NCBI GenBank assembly: GCA_001179505.1
Contig: CDMY01000227.1
Span: forward strand, 310,001 to 374,000
DNA length: 64,000 nt
Reading direction: 5' to 3'
From: Vitrella brassicaformis CCMP3155
Lineage: Eukaryota > Protista > Chromerida
A model generated the notes under the pieces. The model saw only the letters and a program-made list of their open reading frames with translations. It searched no databases and had not been told where the DNA came from. Of this stretch, positions 12,551 through 26,689 are shown one piece after another. Position 1 is the stretch's first letter; each line of letters begins with the position of its first letter. The position numbers were made by a program, and so were the translations under genes.

Positions 12551-14469
12551 ATGTCCTTACTTCCCTTTACTGGTGCCATGTCCTTGCTGAAGTCCCTTTC
12601 CTTCCGAACATCATGCTCACCGCAGTACAGAGCTGTTCATCCACTCCAGTGCTGCCCTGTAAGCACTAATCATTGCAATGGACACCATGAGTCAATGACA
12701 TGCAGCTCCCCCTGCCTGCAGGCGTTGCGACCGTCCGTCCCTGCCCCGCGGGCAGCAGGTCGAAAGTGGAGCTGGGCCTCCCTGCTGCGGTGGCAGCCGA
12801 GAGAAGAGGACCGTCACGACGATAGAGACGTCCAGGTGGTGCAAGAGGCGAAGGTACAGTACGAGAGTGTTCCGTCCCTTGCGTGTCAGCAAATCTCTCT
12901 TGCTTGCCTCAGGAGCACAGTGCGGTCAGTTGCTTAGCTTTCAGCCCGTTGCTGCCCGTGGAGGAAGATCCGCAAGAACCGCCGCACTATCTCGTTGCTT
13001 GCGGCTGCCAGGATGGCCACGTCACTCTGTACAAGTGTGTGTGCAGCGAGTTTGACCTGGCGTACCTCGGTGCATCGACACCGCTGGAAGCATACGCCAA
13101 GCCGCACTCCCCCGTCGCCACCCTTCACAGGATATTGTTCGGCCATTTGGCGGCAATCACGTCTTTGGTGTTTCTGACCGAGACTGACCCGCCCGTGCGG
13201 CTGTATACCACGTCCATCGAGGGCGTGGCCTTCCTTTGGGACGTGGAGAGAGGTGAGACACGAAGAATGCACACCCACTCATTCACTGCCTGTTGTCCGG
13301 CTCGTTCAGGCATCCCGCTGCGGCATTGGCGAGCGGGGCCGATAATTGGAGCAGAGCTTGTTTGTGTGGACCTCTCCTCGCCTGTGGTCGCTTTTATCAC
13401 GGCCGACGGCAACTTCCACTGCGTCGATGTCAATCGTGGAGATATGATAAACAAACTCCAATTGGGTGGTCAGCTCAGATGTCTGGCGATAGATGATGTG
13501 ACCGGCAGCTACGCATTCTGCGGTGGCCTGACGGGGAGGGTGACGGCAGTGCGAATCGCCCTCTCGCCCAAGGGGAGACACCACACCATCCGCGCAACCC
13601 TCACCAAAAGGATATCGAAGGGCTCGCTTACTTGCTTGTCTTTCGTGGGCGGCGAGGGGGAGCACTGCATCTCTCCGGGTCCCTTCCTCATTGCCAACAC
13701 GACTGACGCGTCCCTCGTCATTGTGGATTGTGTCTACCAGCCATTGGCGAGGCGGAAGGACACCACTGGCGAGAGGAGGCGCGTGTGGGTGCTGGTGGAT
13801 CTGATTGTCAGAAGGCGGCTTGAGGTACAGCTTTCCCGTCATGCTGGCTGGCTGGCTGGGCTTTGATGTCTCCTTCCTGCTGTGTGATAATGCATGCACA
13901 CATGCAGCTGGTACAGATGAGGCTGCCCATTCGTCACACGTACACGAGCTACGGTGGCACCTATGTCGTTTCGGCATCGGAAGACAAAACGGTCGGCAAC
14001 CAAACACACGGGAAGTCCACCGTGCACCCCCTTCTTTGGTGTTCAGGTGACGGTGTACTCACTCAGCCTCCACGGTGACCTGCGCTGTACCTCACTGCAG
14101 CACCACAAGAGCCCGGTTCTCTCGGTTGCCCTGTCTCCGCCATCCACGCTGCTTGTCTCGGGCGACACGTCAGGAAACCTCGCCTTCTGGAGAAGGCTGA
14201 CGTTCACACAGCAAACACAGAGCACGTGCCAGTCACAACACTCCCTCCCCACCCCCATACTGACGGGCCACTCTTTCTCTTCCCCCGAGGCGGCGTCGAC
14301 GCCCTTCAAGGGCGCATATTCGTGCACTGAGGACGAGAGTGAACATGCGGTATTTGTGATAGGTGAGGCGGAGCCAGATGATCACGAGGCAAGGCGGGAT
14401 GGGGAGGGGGGAGAGGAGGGGCAGAGACGGAGGTCGAGGGTGGAGGAGGTGGAGGATGGGTGGGTGTGA
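12551..14469 (+). CDS. WD40-repeat protein (C-terminal part loosely WDR44-like), spliced
   Basis: EHSAVSCLAFSP..LVACGCQDGHVTLY, LFGHLAAITSLVF..TSIEGVAFLWDV, YVVSASEDKTV, HHKSPVLSVALSPPSTLLVSGDTSGNLAFW. The start codon is tentative. Confidence 0.75.
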
Positions 14470-14657
14470 AAGGAGGCGATAGGGCATGTGGCTCAAGGCC
14501 GGTATGTGTAGACAGAAAGACATGTGGCTTGCTCAATGTACTTATGCACAGCTCATCATGGAAGTTCGAGCACAACACTCGTCATTTTTTGTTATCAAGA
14601 GCACTCATTGTTCCATACAACCCACCACCCACGAAATTATGCAGTCCACACAATGGC

Positions 14658-15664
14658 TCATGCGGCAGCCATGGCCCTCGGCTCTTCGTCCGCTGACTGA
14701 CTGCTCCTCTCCGATTCGACGAAGCTCTTGCTTCGCGAACGCCTGCTTCCCCTTTCTCTCTTTCTCACGACAGGCGGCCCCACCATAGATGCCAGCGCCG
14801 CAGGAGAAGTGACAGCCCCCGAGGACAGACTGCGCCCGACGGGAGAGGGGCACTTGCCGATAGCCCCCTCACTGTTTCCTTCTGCAGCTGTCTCAGCGCT
14901 CTTTTCCTCTACTGGCAGGGAAGGAGAGCTGTCAGGGGGAACAGGTATGGGTGAAGCCAGTAGATGTGTGGGGCGGACTCGTGGTCGAGCGACACACAAT
15001 GCCAGCGGGCCCAGAAGCCGTCCGAACCATGTCTGCTCCCCCGGATCATGTGTCTGTGGGAGACACAAAGGAACGAAGATAAGCGCGTCGAGTTCCATCC
15101 CATCTGTGTGGTCTCACCTGCTGGCTGGCCTCACTCACAGCAATCGACCGCTGGCTGTCGGGCGTGTGGGGGTAGGAGGGGCAACTACCGGCCAGGGGAG
15201 AGGGCGTATGTGGCTCCGACGGATAATCGAGCTCAACGCCCGTCTCCAGGACAATGATGCCTCGCGGCCGCCGAAGGGCCTCCAGTTCCTGCTGCAGATC
15301 GTTGACCTGCTGCTGCAGCCAAGCCTTCTCACTCGACTCGTCAGCTTTTCTGCAGGACAGCGCACTGTATTCCATTCACGTGACCCTTGGTATCGCTCGC
15401 TTACATGATCTTGTCATGTTTGGCGCTGGCCTCCCGACATTCACCCGTCTGATGAGCTGAGATGGCTGCGTGAGGAGAAGGGAAACTGGCATCATCACTG
15501 TCACAAGCCCAGGTGGGCTGGCGCTGCACCGGCAGGGTGTGTGCTGCTTGGCAGGGAGGAAGTGAGCCACTATCGTCACAAATGCCGGTGGATTGGTGGA
15601 GCATGGCAGGGGAAGTCGGGGAGCAACCAGGAGATGCCATTCTGGCCCTCTTCTTAGCTGGCAC
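14658..15664 (-). CDS. Hypothetical low-complexity protein with a short coiled coil; 5' exons may reach ~16.3 kb
   Basis: Exons KADESSEKAWLQQQVNDLQQELEALRRP and a Ser/Pro-rich last exon joined by GT-AG introns. Confidence 0.5.
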
Positions 15665-16360
15665 GCCCTTTACACCGCCCCCATGAGGCCCCCCGTCTCC
15701 ACTTGAAGATACTATGCGATCAACTCATGGATGCAGCCTCCCTCTCCGGCAGTATGGTCAGACAGGTCGGCGTCACGCATCCTGCGCGAAGCGGCTCATG
15801 CAATGATCATGCTATCGGAAACCAAAGACATGGATATTGAATCAACAGACATGGAAGCCGCTGTTAACACATCGTTCGTTCGTTCGTTCGTTTGTTAACG
15901 GACACCGAGGTCCCACACATCGGTGGGGTCTCACTCACGCATGGCCACTCGTACCAGGCAGATCCTCCGTCGACCCACTCGCGTGATTGCACTGAGGGGG
16001 GTGCTCGTGGGTCATTGACTGATGGCTTGGTACGGATGTGAATCGCTTTGATGGTTTCCAAATTGCTAGACAAGGACGTGACGTGAAGCGTCAACACGGA
16101 CACTCAGGAAGCACGCAGCGAGAGGCAAGCAAGACGCGACGGATGCGACATTCGCACACTCATGAACGGTCTGTCCGTGCCATGCAGGGTGTTGTTTCCC
16201 CAGTGCTCATGATGCCCCGGCAGGCAATTCAGGCGCCGCCCCGCCTTCCCCCCCCCCCGACCCCCAGCGGACATGGCCGGTCTGGTGCAAGCAAATGTAC
16301 CAGCCACGACTCCCTGGAGCCTACTTTTCCGCTGCACGATCCACTTCCACGTCACCACCC

Positions 16361-17765
16361 CTAGAGGTCTGTCAGTCTGAGTGTGTCGTCATCCCTGTCC
16401 TCAGACAGCCCTCTCGCCTCGATGAGTGCAGGAATGCCGCCCATTAGCCCTTTGATGGCCCATTTGACACCGGGCCGCCCTTTCTGCATCCCTGTGGCGC
16501 CACCAAGGACGGAGCCAGCCAGACTGGAGAGCAGCAGGGCCACGCTGCCAATTCGACAAACCTCCACCCACAACGGCTGCACACATTCAGACAGACAGTG
16601 GGTGCTACCCTACCCATGTCTATCCATTCATCGGTGTTGTACCACTGAGATGAGTCCAGTGGTCTCTTGCTGCTGTATGATCAGCTCCTCGGTGCCCCTG
16701 CCCCACGCCAGAGCGACCACAAGGGCGAAGGCGGCCAGGTGGACGCGCTGTGGCCATCGCAGCTGTAAAGCCTCGAAGCGGCGCTGGTTGTCCCTTCTTC
16801 TGAGATCGCCGCGTGAGTCTTCCGAGAGCTGATTGCCGCGCTGGAACAGCCGCTCGTCCAGCGCATCACGGGCCCGCTTCTCCTCCGCAGTCAGCTGTAG
16901 CGACCACATACATCGACAGACAGACACATCAGAGCGTTTGTGCTGCATTGTTGCCAGCTCACCGGTTTGGTGTCCTCAGACGAGACAAATGGCAGCTCCT
17001 CGAGCAGCACAATGCCTTCCTTCATTTGCAGGTCGGCCGCCGTCAGCTTCTCGCCCCTCCTCTGCCGCTCCACTGCCTCTGCGCATGCAGTAAGGTTCTG
17101 GCGGGACAGGGCAGAGCGCAAGGCATCTTCTACCAGCCTGTATGTTCACACACATGAGTGAAACCAGGCAGGTGGCACCATATGTAGCAGTTTGCTTGGC
17201 GTACACTGATGGCTGCGACGGCTGTGGTGCTGTCCTGGAGTTCTCTTGTGTGGTCGTGTCTTGTTCCCTGATGCCGAGGCGGTCATTGAGCTCCGACATA
17301 CCGCCGTTCCTCAGGATGGGGCGAATCAGATAGCCGTAGCCTGCCGCTCGCAGCTCGTCATACGTCACCCGCTTTGCCCTCCTCAACCTCATGGCCATGA
17401 ACTCCTCCAACTCCTCCGCTACCTGCTCACACAAGACAGCACACCGCCATCAATCAATTGTCTGCCATCGATTGTTCGACTCTCAACATGTCTGCCACTC
17501 ACCCACCCACCTTATCCATGCTTTCCCAGTACGACACCCGCCTCAGGCGAGATCTCAGCCGGCGCAGCTTGGCCCATGACGGACGTGGAGTGAAGCGGCT
17601 GCCGATGAGTGATGTTGCAGTGTCGTCATCGCCTTGGCGGGCCCTGAGATGAGTGCGGCTGACTGCAGGGGGCAAGGGGAGGCAGGGTTGGGGTTGGAAG
17701 AGTGGCAGCGATGAGCCGAGGCATGCTGACGAAGGCAGAGAGACCGCTGCTGTTGTAATCGTCAT
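16361..17765 (-). CDS. Hypothetical membrane protein (two C-terminal TM helices), possible organellar presequence
   Basis: Exons VTYDELRAAGYGYLIRPILRNGGMSELNDRLG, VHLAAFALVVALAWG and IGSVALLLSSLAGSVLGG..VKWAIKGLMGGIPALIE. The N-terminus is Ser/Pro/Arg-rich. Confidence 0.6.
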
Positions 17766-17967
17766 TGAATCAAAATCTGACAGATCCACGCCAGAACTGG
17801 CACAGGGATGTTGACAGATGCCTGCCCTTCGAGGAATGAAGGGAATGTGGAAATTCAAGCTCGAGAAGCCACTGAGCTCGCAACTTGGGCCCAGGAGTCG
17901 GACAAAGGAGAAGGGAAGAATCATTGTAGAAGTGTTGGCGTGCCTGACTTGGGACAGTTTCTTCATA

Positions 17968-20360
17968 ATGGCTTCGAGCTGCGACGCCATTATGATGCAG
18001 CAGCTGCGGGAGAAGTTACGGGAGAAGGACGAGCACCTGCATACACTGCGTAAGCACAGGAGGCCACTTGCCACCCACGGCATGAATGCATCCACGTGCT
18101 TTCAGGTCTTGAGCTCGAAAGGGCCCAGCAGGAGTCGCGCGTGCAGAAGAGCGCCTCAGAGCAGCGGGAGGCGGCACTGCTGGTGCAGTTGCAGCAGCTT
18201 CAGTGAGCAGAACACACTATGCAATGCACAGTATGCGATTTGGTTGCCTTACCTGTGTCTGCCTGCACACAGGGCTGAAGCCGAGGCGCACAAACAGGAT
18301 GAAGAGCGCACGAAGGCAGACACAGGTGGGGTACACAAGCAAACGTTCCTCCTTTACTTCCTGATTGACTTGTGTGCGCCCTCATGTCTGTGCCATGCGT
18401 GTATGCAGAGCACTTGCGCACCAAGTTGGCGGACCGCACATCCCAGCTGGCCGAGCTCAAGACCCACACAGACCAGCTGCGGGCTCTAGTGGATGAGCTG
18501 CTGGCCACCCAGCCGAGGCGTCCGCGCCTGCCCAGGCCCGCCGGCACCACCCTCCGGTCATCGCATGCCCCCTCTGCTGGCATGTTCCCCATCCGGCACC
18601 CCATCCACCCGGCCCCACCCATCCATCCGAAGAGAGACGAGTCAGCGCCGGCCAGGGCGGCCGACGGAGAAGGGCGGGGGGAGGACGGTGCGGCCGCTGC
18701 TGCTGTGTCTGCGTCAGCGCCTGAGGGCGAGAGGGACAAGGGGGCTAGGGAGCCGGTTCCGCCACTGCATCCCAAGCAGTCCCTTGCCAAGGTGGGCTGT
18801 AGTGTCACTTCGCGAACCTATTTTTTATGGATGTTCATCTTATTTGTCTGTCAGGCTCGGAGGTACGAGACGCAGGTGGCCGAGCTGAGGAAAAGATGGG
18901 AAAAGGTCAGTCAGTCAATCAAGGAACCGAGGGCGGCAGAGAGGCATCCGGATCCATCCATCAAATGTCTTCTATCTATCTATCTATCTGTCTGTGCTGC
19001 CCCCTATGCCAGAGTGAGGTGGCGCGTCAGTCTTTGATGGAGCGCTTGCGTGACCAGCAGCACCACAAACTACACGCACAGAAGATGCAGCAAAACCTGG
19101 CCAGGCAAGTCGGTTGGTCCGTGCATTCAGGAGCTGAGTGGACCTCTCTTGTGTCCTGGCTGGCGGGCGGGCTGGCTGGCTGACTGGCTGTCGTGGCTGA
19201 TTGCGTGCAGGTGTGCAGATGCTATCACGCGTCTCGAAACGGAGCGCAATCAGCTGCGGCAGCTGATGCTGGACAAGGAGTACTACTGCAGAAAACTCGA
19301 GATGAAACTGCTCAAACTACACAAAAGAACCGAAAGGCAAGACCCACATTATTACATGAAAGCTGGTAGGCAGTCCCCCCTGTCTCTGACAAATGGCTTT
19401 TCTGCCTGTCTGCAGCGGTGTGTGTCAAAGGAAGGTGGTGAGGCGCCCCACTGCCGGCTCCCAGCCAGCGTCACGGCACGCCACACCCATAGCCAGCAGA
19501 GGTATGACGGGCCATAAGGTGTCTATCGGCTCGGCTGCCCTGGACACTCCCGAGGTGTCGGACTCCCTGCCCTCACCAGACACGACCAAGGACAAAAGAG
19601 ACGATGTTGGTGCGCGACCATCGGCGAGTGCTGAGCATAATGCTGAGAGGACGGCTGGCGTCGAGCAGAGGATCACCAAGGAGGACGTCCTTGCTCCAAG
19701 ACACCAACCACCACAATCCTCAGCACCAGGCCCGCCCCCACTCCTCCACAACGAGACGTTCCCCCCATTTCGCATATCCCCCGCCCCCTCCCACCCCCTT
19801 GACGACCCGGCCAGACGGCTGCGGTCCTCCCCCGGCTACAGAGAGATTCTCGACATCTTGCTTGACACACTCGATGATGAGGACAGCGCAGATGACGACG
19901 ATGAGGGCATCAGCGACGTCGCTCTTGAGCCCACCTGCGTCAGGAGGGATGGTGCTGGTGCGGTCAACACGGAGGGCAGCAGTGAGTCGGCTGAGAGCTT
20001 GAGGGAGAGGGAGGAGATGAAAGGCAAGGCGGGGACTCTGTGTGGTGCTCGGGCAGTGGATAGGGTGGACAGGGTGCCGCTGCTGCCTAGGAGGGTGGTG
20101 GAGGCCGCGAGAGCCATGGAAGGCGTCAGAACCAGGTGTGTAGTAAAGATGGAAAGAGCCACCCCCTCACCAAGATACGGACATTGTTGGTATCTCTGCT
20201 GTCTCTGTGTGTGTCTGTCAGCGATGAGGACGCCTCCGTGGAGAGCGAGATGAGGGCTATGAATCCTCGTATGGACATGCACAGGCTGTCGACTGGCGAG
20301 AGCGTGTCGGCCATGGACAGCAGTGACATCTATGTGGACGGCGCACCGCTCAGCTCATAG
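17968..20360 (+). CDS. Hypothetical coiled-coil protein, spliced
   Basis: Heptad-rich exons QQLREKLREKDEHLHTLR, HLRTKLADRTSQLAELKTHTDQLRALVDELL, AITRLETERNQLRQLMLDKEYYCRKLEMKLLKL. Stop TAG at 20358-20360. Confidence 0.6.
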
Positions 20361-20639
20361 CTGGCTTGCTTGCTTGATGGATGGATCGGTGAGAGGCGTG
20401 GGAAGACGTGTTGTGTACAGCGATGGATCGGTGTATTCACTGTGAATCGGCTCGCCCGTTGACTCCATCATGTCCACTAAATGGCACAAATGGCACAGAA
20501 AAACGGCCTGCCCATCCCCATGTCCCACTCTATCGCCCAATCCACCCATCCCACCCAGCCTCCCTCCCTCCGTCCCGTTCTGCTCATTCATTCCTTGCTT
20601 CACTGGTCGTCGTCTCTTTTCCTCTTCTTGTCCTTCTTG

Positions 20640-20939
20640 NNNNNNNNNNNNNNNNNNNNNNNNNNNNNNNNNNNNNNNNNNNNNNNNNNNNNNNNNNNNN
20701 NNNNNNNNNNNNNNNNNNNNNNNNNNNNNNNNNNNNNNNNNNNNNNNNNNNNNNNNNNNNNNNNNNNNNNNNNNNNNNNNNNNNNNNNNNNNNNNNNNNN
20801 NNNNNNNNNNNNNNNNNNNNNNNNNNNNNNNNNNNNNNNNNNNNNNNNNNNNNNNNNNNNNNNNNNNNNNNNNNNNNNNNNNNNNNNNNNNNNNNNNNNN
20901 NNNNNNNNNNNNNNNNNNNNNNNNNNNNNNNNNNNNNNN
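20640..20939. other. Assembly gap (300 N)
   Basis: Run of N. All three gaps are exactly 300 N, so the size is probably a placeholder. Confidence 0.99.
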
Positions 20940-20940
20940 G

Positions 20941-23900
20941 CCCCGACATACAGCAGGGATGGGTATGTGTGCACATATCAAAGTAAGTGTACCTCCTCCC
21001 CAGCATGCGTTGATGCATGGCTGTGGTCGGGTCCATGACGCCAGAGGCCAACATGGTATCTGCAATGTCGCTCTTCACCCGCCTCACTGCACACATTCCG
21101 TTCGTGGAGGCCGTGAACATGCCCTGCACACACGGCACAATCAACACTGGAACGGGTCCTTCCCACCTCCCTCTCTCTCTCCCTCTCTCTCTGTCTCTGG
21201 CTGACCTGCGATGCATTTCTCAGAGCAGGGGCACGCTCAAACACATGGGCGTCGATGCCACGACATCTGACACACACACATACACACAGAGACCATCATC
21301 ACACAGGAAGAAGGGTATCTCTCCCCTCTCCCGGCCACACTCACTCACCTCAGCCCGGCGCACAGCAGCAGGCCGCCAAGCCCACCTCCGACAATAGCCA
21401 CGTCCACATGGGTCGGCAGTGGCTTTGCCGCAGCCGACAGAGGCCGCGACACTCCCATCGTCGATGGCCGCAGCACCATGTGCTCCAACGTCGTCCCACA
21501 GGCCTGCACCAAACAACCACACCGTCCACGCAGGAACGCAGGCGGACACCATCTTTCCCAGCCCGCCACCTACCTGTTGTATCTTCTCGCATGTGGCTGG
21601 TGTGGAAAGTTCAAAATGGCCCGTGAGGCCTGCATCGATCTTGGCGCTGCGGACGGCCTCTTGGATGGCGATGAAGACGGATGTGCTGCCGAGGAGGGGC
21701 GGCTCGCCCACCGCCTTGCTGCTCGCGAAGCCCTGGGGATGGGAGGTCTTCTCCAACAGACGCACGCGGATGTCACTGAAGCACAGAGAGAGAGAGGTGT
21801 ACATGTTTGTTGGTGGTATGTTGTGTAGTGGTTAGTGGGGGAAGGGCGTACGTTGGGATGTCGCCGGCGAGTGGTGGTTTGTACTCCCACGTGCCGTCAG
21901 TGAGGAGGCGGCCGGTCGACTCGTCGATGACCACCTCCTCGCTCGTGTGGAAGCCAATGCCCTGTAGTGCATGTCACAACATGCCGCAACACACCGAATG
22001 AATGCGGCACAAGGCACAGGACATGTGCTCTCTCTGTGTATGACGGACGTACCATGACCAACGCGCCCTCAGCCTGCCCGATGTCAATCAAAGGATTCAG
22101 ACTCCTGTACACGCATAGCATACTCTCTCCCTCCCTCCCGCCCTCCATCCCTCCCTCTCGCATACTTGCCGCAGTCGTAGAGCATTTCGCAGTAGTGGAT
22201 CCGCCTCTCCCCGGTCAGCACGTCGATCTCCACCTCACTCACGGCCGCGCCATAGGTGTCGTAGAACTCGACCGGCTTGCCGCTCAGGGGCTTGTACTCG
22301 CCCTGCTGCTGCAGGCTCACCCTGGCCCCATCAGCTGCTGTGATGACCTCTCGCCACCTGTCCGCCACACTCGCGTCACCCTGTCAAACAACATTAACAC
22401 ACATGAAGACAGTGCGATGGTGTCAGTGACGTAAGGACACACCCACCGGTCTGCAGAAGGGCATGAGTTTGTCCACGAGCTTGGTGGCTGCGTCGTGGAT
22501 GGCCCAGCACATCCTTTCTGATGCGGTTGAGCCGGCCGATGGGCCGGGGTTGGGCATGAATGCCGTGTCTAGGTCGGCCATGCGCACCAGGGAGGTGGGG
22601 AGCGTCTCGCCGCACAGACCCATTCCCAGGGTCTCGCACGCGGTCTGTGAGATGGATACACACCACGGGCGACAGATTGATGGACGTGTTGTGTGTGTGT
22701 GTGTGTCTTTACCTGGACGGTTTTGATGGAGAGGCCCTGGCCCATCTCCACCCCCTCATGATGCAACACAACGCTGCCGTCCTGCATCCAGGCACCATAG
22801 ACACACAGACACACACGCGAGGCATGCAGACACACCAGTGTCCTCTGATATATGCACCTTGTAGACGTTGATGAGTGCAGTGCTGAAACTGAGCGGCCGG
22901 GGGTACCGCAACGTCGTCATCGCCAGGCCCCTCTTGCGCCACCGGTTGGCGGCGTTGAACCGCTCCACCTCACTCTTCCGCCCCTCCCACCCACTGGTGG
23001 CCTTGAGCTCCTCCCATATCCTCGGCAACACATACGGCTCAGTCAGGGTGCGTGGCGCGGGCATCGGGCGGCCCATCATCGAAACGGACGGGGGGCACAT
23101 GTCTGTTGCCGTGGGCGAGTAGAAGTTGGTCTCGCGGACGGCTGATGGGTCCAGGTCGAGATGGTGAGCGATGCGCTGCAGCACCGACTCGATGAAGGTG
23201 GACGCCTCGGGCCCTGAATGACGAACGAACACGTGGGAATGTGTGTGTTGGGGCGTGTGTGTGGGTGGGTGGTGGCGGTTACCTCCTGGGCCTCTGACGG
23301 GAACTCTGAGAGGGAGGTTGGCCGTGTACATCTTGGTGGCGACGTGCAGGTGAGGGATGCTGTAGGTCTGGTCCACTGTCTCGGTCGCCTCCTTGCACCC
23401 GATGATGGCGCCGCCCTGCGTTACGCCACACACACAAACAGAAGGAATCGTACAATCGGCCTACGCATGCTATCGGCATATCAGTGCACCGGCACGGCCC
23501 CCGTGATGGCGTGTATGGTGGCCTTGAGAGCGTGGATGCGCCCCTTTTCGTCCACGGCAACAGCATACTCAAACTCCATCTCCTCACTGACACCAAGACA
23601 CAGACATCGACACACACAACGATCGGCATCGACATCAGTGCCTCTACCGCCGGGCGTGGTGATAGTTTACGCACCGTCCTCCGGTCATGGCGCAGTCCTG
23701 GTTCCGATTGAGAACGAGCCGCACCGGGCGGTTGGTGGCCTTGGCGGCCACGGCCGCGTTGACGGCGTGGGGGATGGACAAAAAGGCCTTGCCGCCAAAA
23801 GCGCCACCCAGACGACTGACAAACACACAGACAAGGGGATGGACAATGGTTGGATGGGGTGTGTGTGTGTGTGTGAGGGACTTTCGCTCACCGAATCTTG

Positions 23901-26689
23901 ATGTTGACCTTGTTGTGAGGGACATTGAGAGCATTAGCCACGCCCGCGTGTGTGAACTGCGGCCCCTGTGTGCTGGACCACACTGTCATCGTCCCGTCCT
24001 CGTCAGGCACCGCATACGCCGCCTGTGGCTCCATGTAGAAGTGCAGCTGGCTCCCGCACTCAACTACACCACGCAGCACGTGCAGACCACCCTCTTTCGA
24101 CCCCTCTGCCGCCAGCAGGTCGTCGAACTGCGAGACGTCGCCCTTCTTGGCCTCCATGGGGATGGGTGTGAGGGTGCTTGCTGCCTTGGCCTGGGCGAGT
24201 GTGACGACAGGCGGCTTGACGTCGTCCCAGGTGAGCTTGACGAGCTTGGTGGCCTGCTCTGCTGCTGCGGGCGCGGTGCCGAGCACCACGGCGGCCGGCT
24301 GTCCGAAATACTTGGACCTTCCACCGATGGGCACCATAACCTCGATCAGAGGCTTCCCTGCGACACACAAAAACACATGCATCCCTTCACCTAATGCGTT
24401 TTGGTGCGTTTTGGTGCTGTGTTGCGTACCGAATAAGCAGAAGGTGTTGGTCCCAGGAATGTCAGCAGCGGTCACCACCTTGACGACCCCTTCCACCCTC
24501 TCGGCCACACTGCCGTCCACGGCCACCAGCCTGGCGTTGCCCTGGTCGCTCCCGACGTACACGCCGTACAGCGCTTTCTTGCCCACACCGACGTCGCCGG
24601 TATACCTCGCCTCACCGCTCGACACCAGATGCGCGTCAGGCTTGGGCAGTGGCTGCCACAGCACCGCGCCACACTTGCCATCCGCCTTCTTTGTCTTCTC
24701 GCGTCCGTCTCTCTCCAGCTGTTCGGTCGACTCATCGACGGGAAGTACTTTGCCCATGGCGGGGTGCGATGACGGGATGGGTGGGGTGGTGAGGGACAGC
24801 TGTGGCTCGGCCGCCGAGAGGATGGACTGTGCGGGTGCGGTGGGGTGGGCGTCGGTGTAGGTGCCGCGGGCCTCCTCGGCCGCCAGCAGCACCAGGAACT
24901 TGTAAAGGTAGCTGCCGATGAGGGACTGGCGGAACGAGTGACGGTCGAGGGAAGGGTCGATCGATATCTGAGCAGGACACACACCACGACGGCTCTGTAT
25001 CCACACACATCCACACCTTTTGTCGTCTGCTTTCTTACCTCTGATGTGATGAGCTTGACGGCCTCTCTGACGGTCTCGTCGGTGAGGCCATACGTCTTGA
25101 GGAAGCTCTCTGTTTTGACGGCCCGCTGCGGCACCGCCCCCACCGCCCCCACCACCAGCCGCACCTCACACGGATGACGCACGACAGGGTCCAGCTCCAT
25201 CCAGAAGGCCGCATTGGCGAAGGCGTGGGCGTACCGCGGCCGCATTGACGTCCTGTACGAGCGGAAGAGGGATTGTGTGGCGATTTCGTCTGACGGCAGG
25301 GGGATAGAGATGGACGGCACGATGAAGGGGTGGGAGGGGGGAGTGGTCCAGAGGGACTGCAGGGGGAGGGTGTGAGAAGTCCCACTGGATGGGTCGATGT
25401 ACTCGATGGCCGCCTCCCATGCCGTCAGCAGGGGGGCGAGGTCGGAGTGGAAGCCTTTGTGGTGCACCAGCATCAGGTTGCCCGCCACGCTGCCCATGTT
25501 GCGGACCTGCTTGCTCGCCACGGCATGCAGGTGCGAGATGAGGGGCGTCAGGTGCGACTCGGCAAAGTGCCGCCCATCGCCTCGCGCCAAATCCTCCAGC
25601 GCCTTGACGAGCGTCGACACGCTCACCCCGCCGCCGGTGCGTATCTCGCCCCCACCGTCCCTCTTGTGCGCCACCGACACGTCCATCAGCGACGCAACGC
25701 GGTCGAGCGCAATCACCGTCGCCACCGTGTCGTTTGTCCGCCAGCAGGATGACGGCGGGCCGTCCTTATAGATGCCGACAGACGTGTTGCCGAACACCAG
25801 ACGGACGTTGGCCGCGCCGTCCTTCTTGGCCTGTTGCCATATGGTGATGGCCTCATCGAGTGTCGCCGGGCTGTGCCAGGTGACGCCCATGCTGCTGGTG
25901 AATAATGAGGACGGCAGGGGGCCGGTGAGTGCGGGTGGGAGAGCGGGGGTCGGCCATTGGTGGGGAGAGGTGAGGTCCTCGATGTCTGACAAGCCGATCG
26001 ACGACAGGTGGGGCGGCGCGTCCTTGCAGAAACTGCGGCAGACGTCCCACAGAGGGCGGTAGCCTACATGCAGATGGAGAAACCATCGAACGATTGACGC
26101 ACCCATTCCGTCCACTCACCGGTGCATCGGCATATGTTGCCATCGATCTTGCCCGCCAACTTGTCGCTTGTGAGCTCCCCATCCTCCCCAGTCAGGGCAT
26201 CGTACAGGCTCACGACGAACCCAGGGGTGCAGTAGCCACACTGCGACCCTCCCAGTGCCTGCACGCGGCGGTGCAGCACCGCCGGGCCATCGCCTCGCTG
26301 CCCGTCATTCTGCAGGCCATGTGCCGTCGTGATGGCGCACCCCTGGACGGAGGGGAGGGGCTTGAGGCATGAGAGGGCCGTGTGGCGGTGGGTCTGAGAG
26401 GTGGCGGGATCGAGGCGCTCCACCAGGACGGTGCATGCTCCGCAGCCTGGCAAGGAGAGAACACAGCATATTCATGCGTATGTGCCTGGCATGCCTGTCT
26501 GCAGGCGTGTGAGTGCTCCGTACCGCCCTCAGCGCATCCGATCTTGACATTTGTGACATCAAGTGTGTCCCGCAGGTAGGCCGCCAGCGACACCGAGGGG
26601 TCCACTTCATGTGTCGGGATACGCACCTCTCTGCTGTCCACAGTGAAGACAAGATCACCTCCTGCCGATGGCGCACTGGAGCCGGGCAT
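20941..26689 (-). CDS. Second paralog of the aldehyde oxidase-flavin monooxygenase fusion; monooxygenase part cut off by the gap and carrying an apparent 1-nt deletion
   Basis: Same exon/intron structure and motifs as 4881-12429 (MPGSSAPSAGGDLVF start, RLGGAFGGK, SSKAVGEPPL, VDVAIVGGGLGG). Exons are highly similar with scattered substitutions; introns are more diverged. Confidence 0.88.

Noticed and set aside
20355-21216. ORFs spanning N-runs (also 50807-52194 and 62965-63481)
   Set aside because: Artefacts of translating through assembly gaps.
20941-26689. Second copy as an allelic haplotig artefact
   Set aside because: Upstream flanks are non-homologous beyond ~100 bp and the introns differ by many indels, which fits paralogy better. 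The adjacent gap means misjoining cannot be fully excluded.
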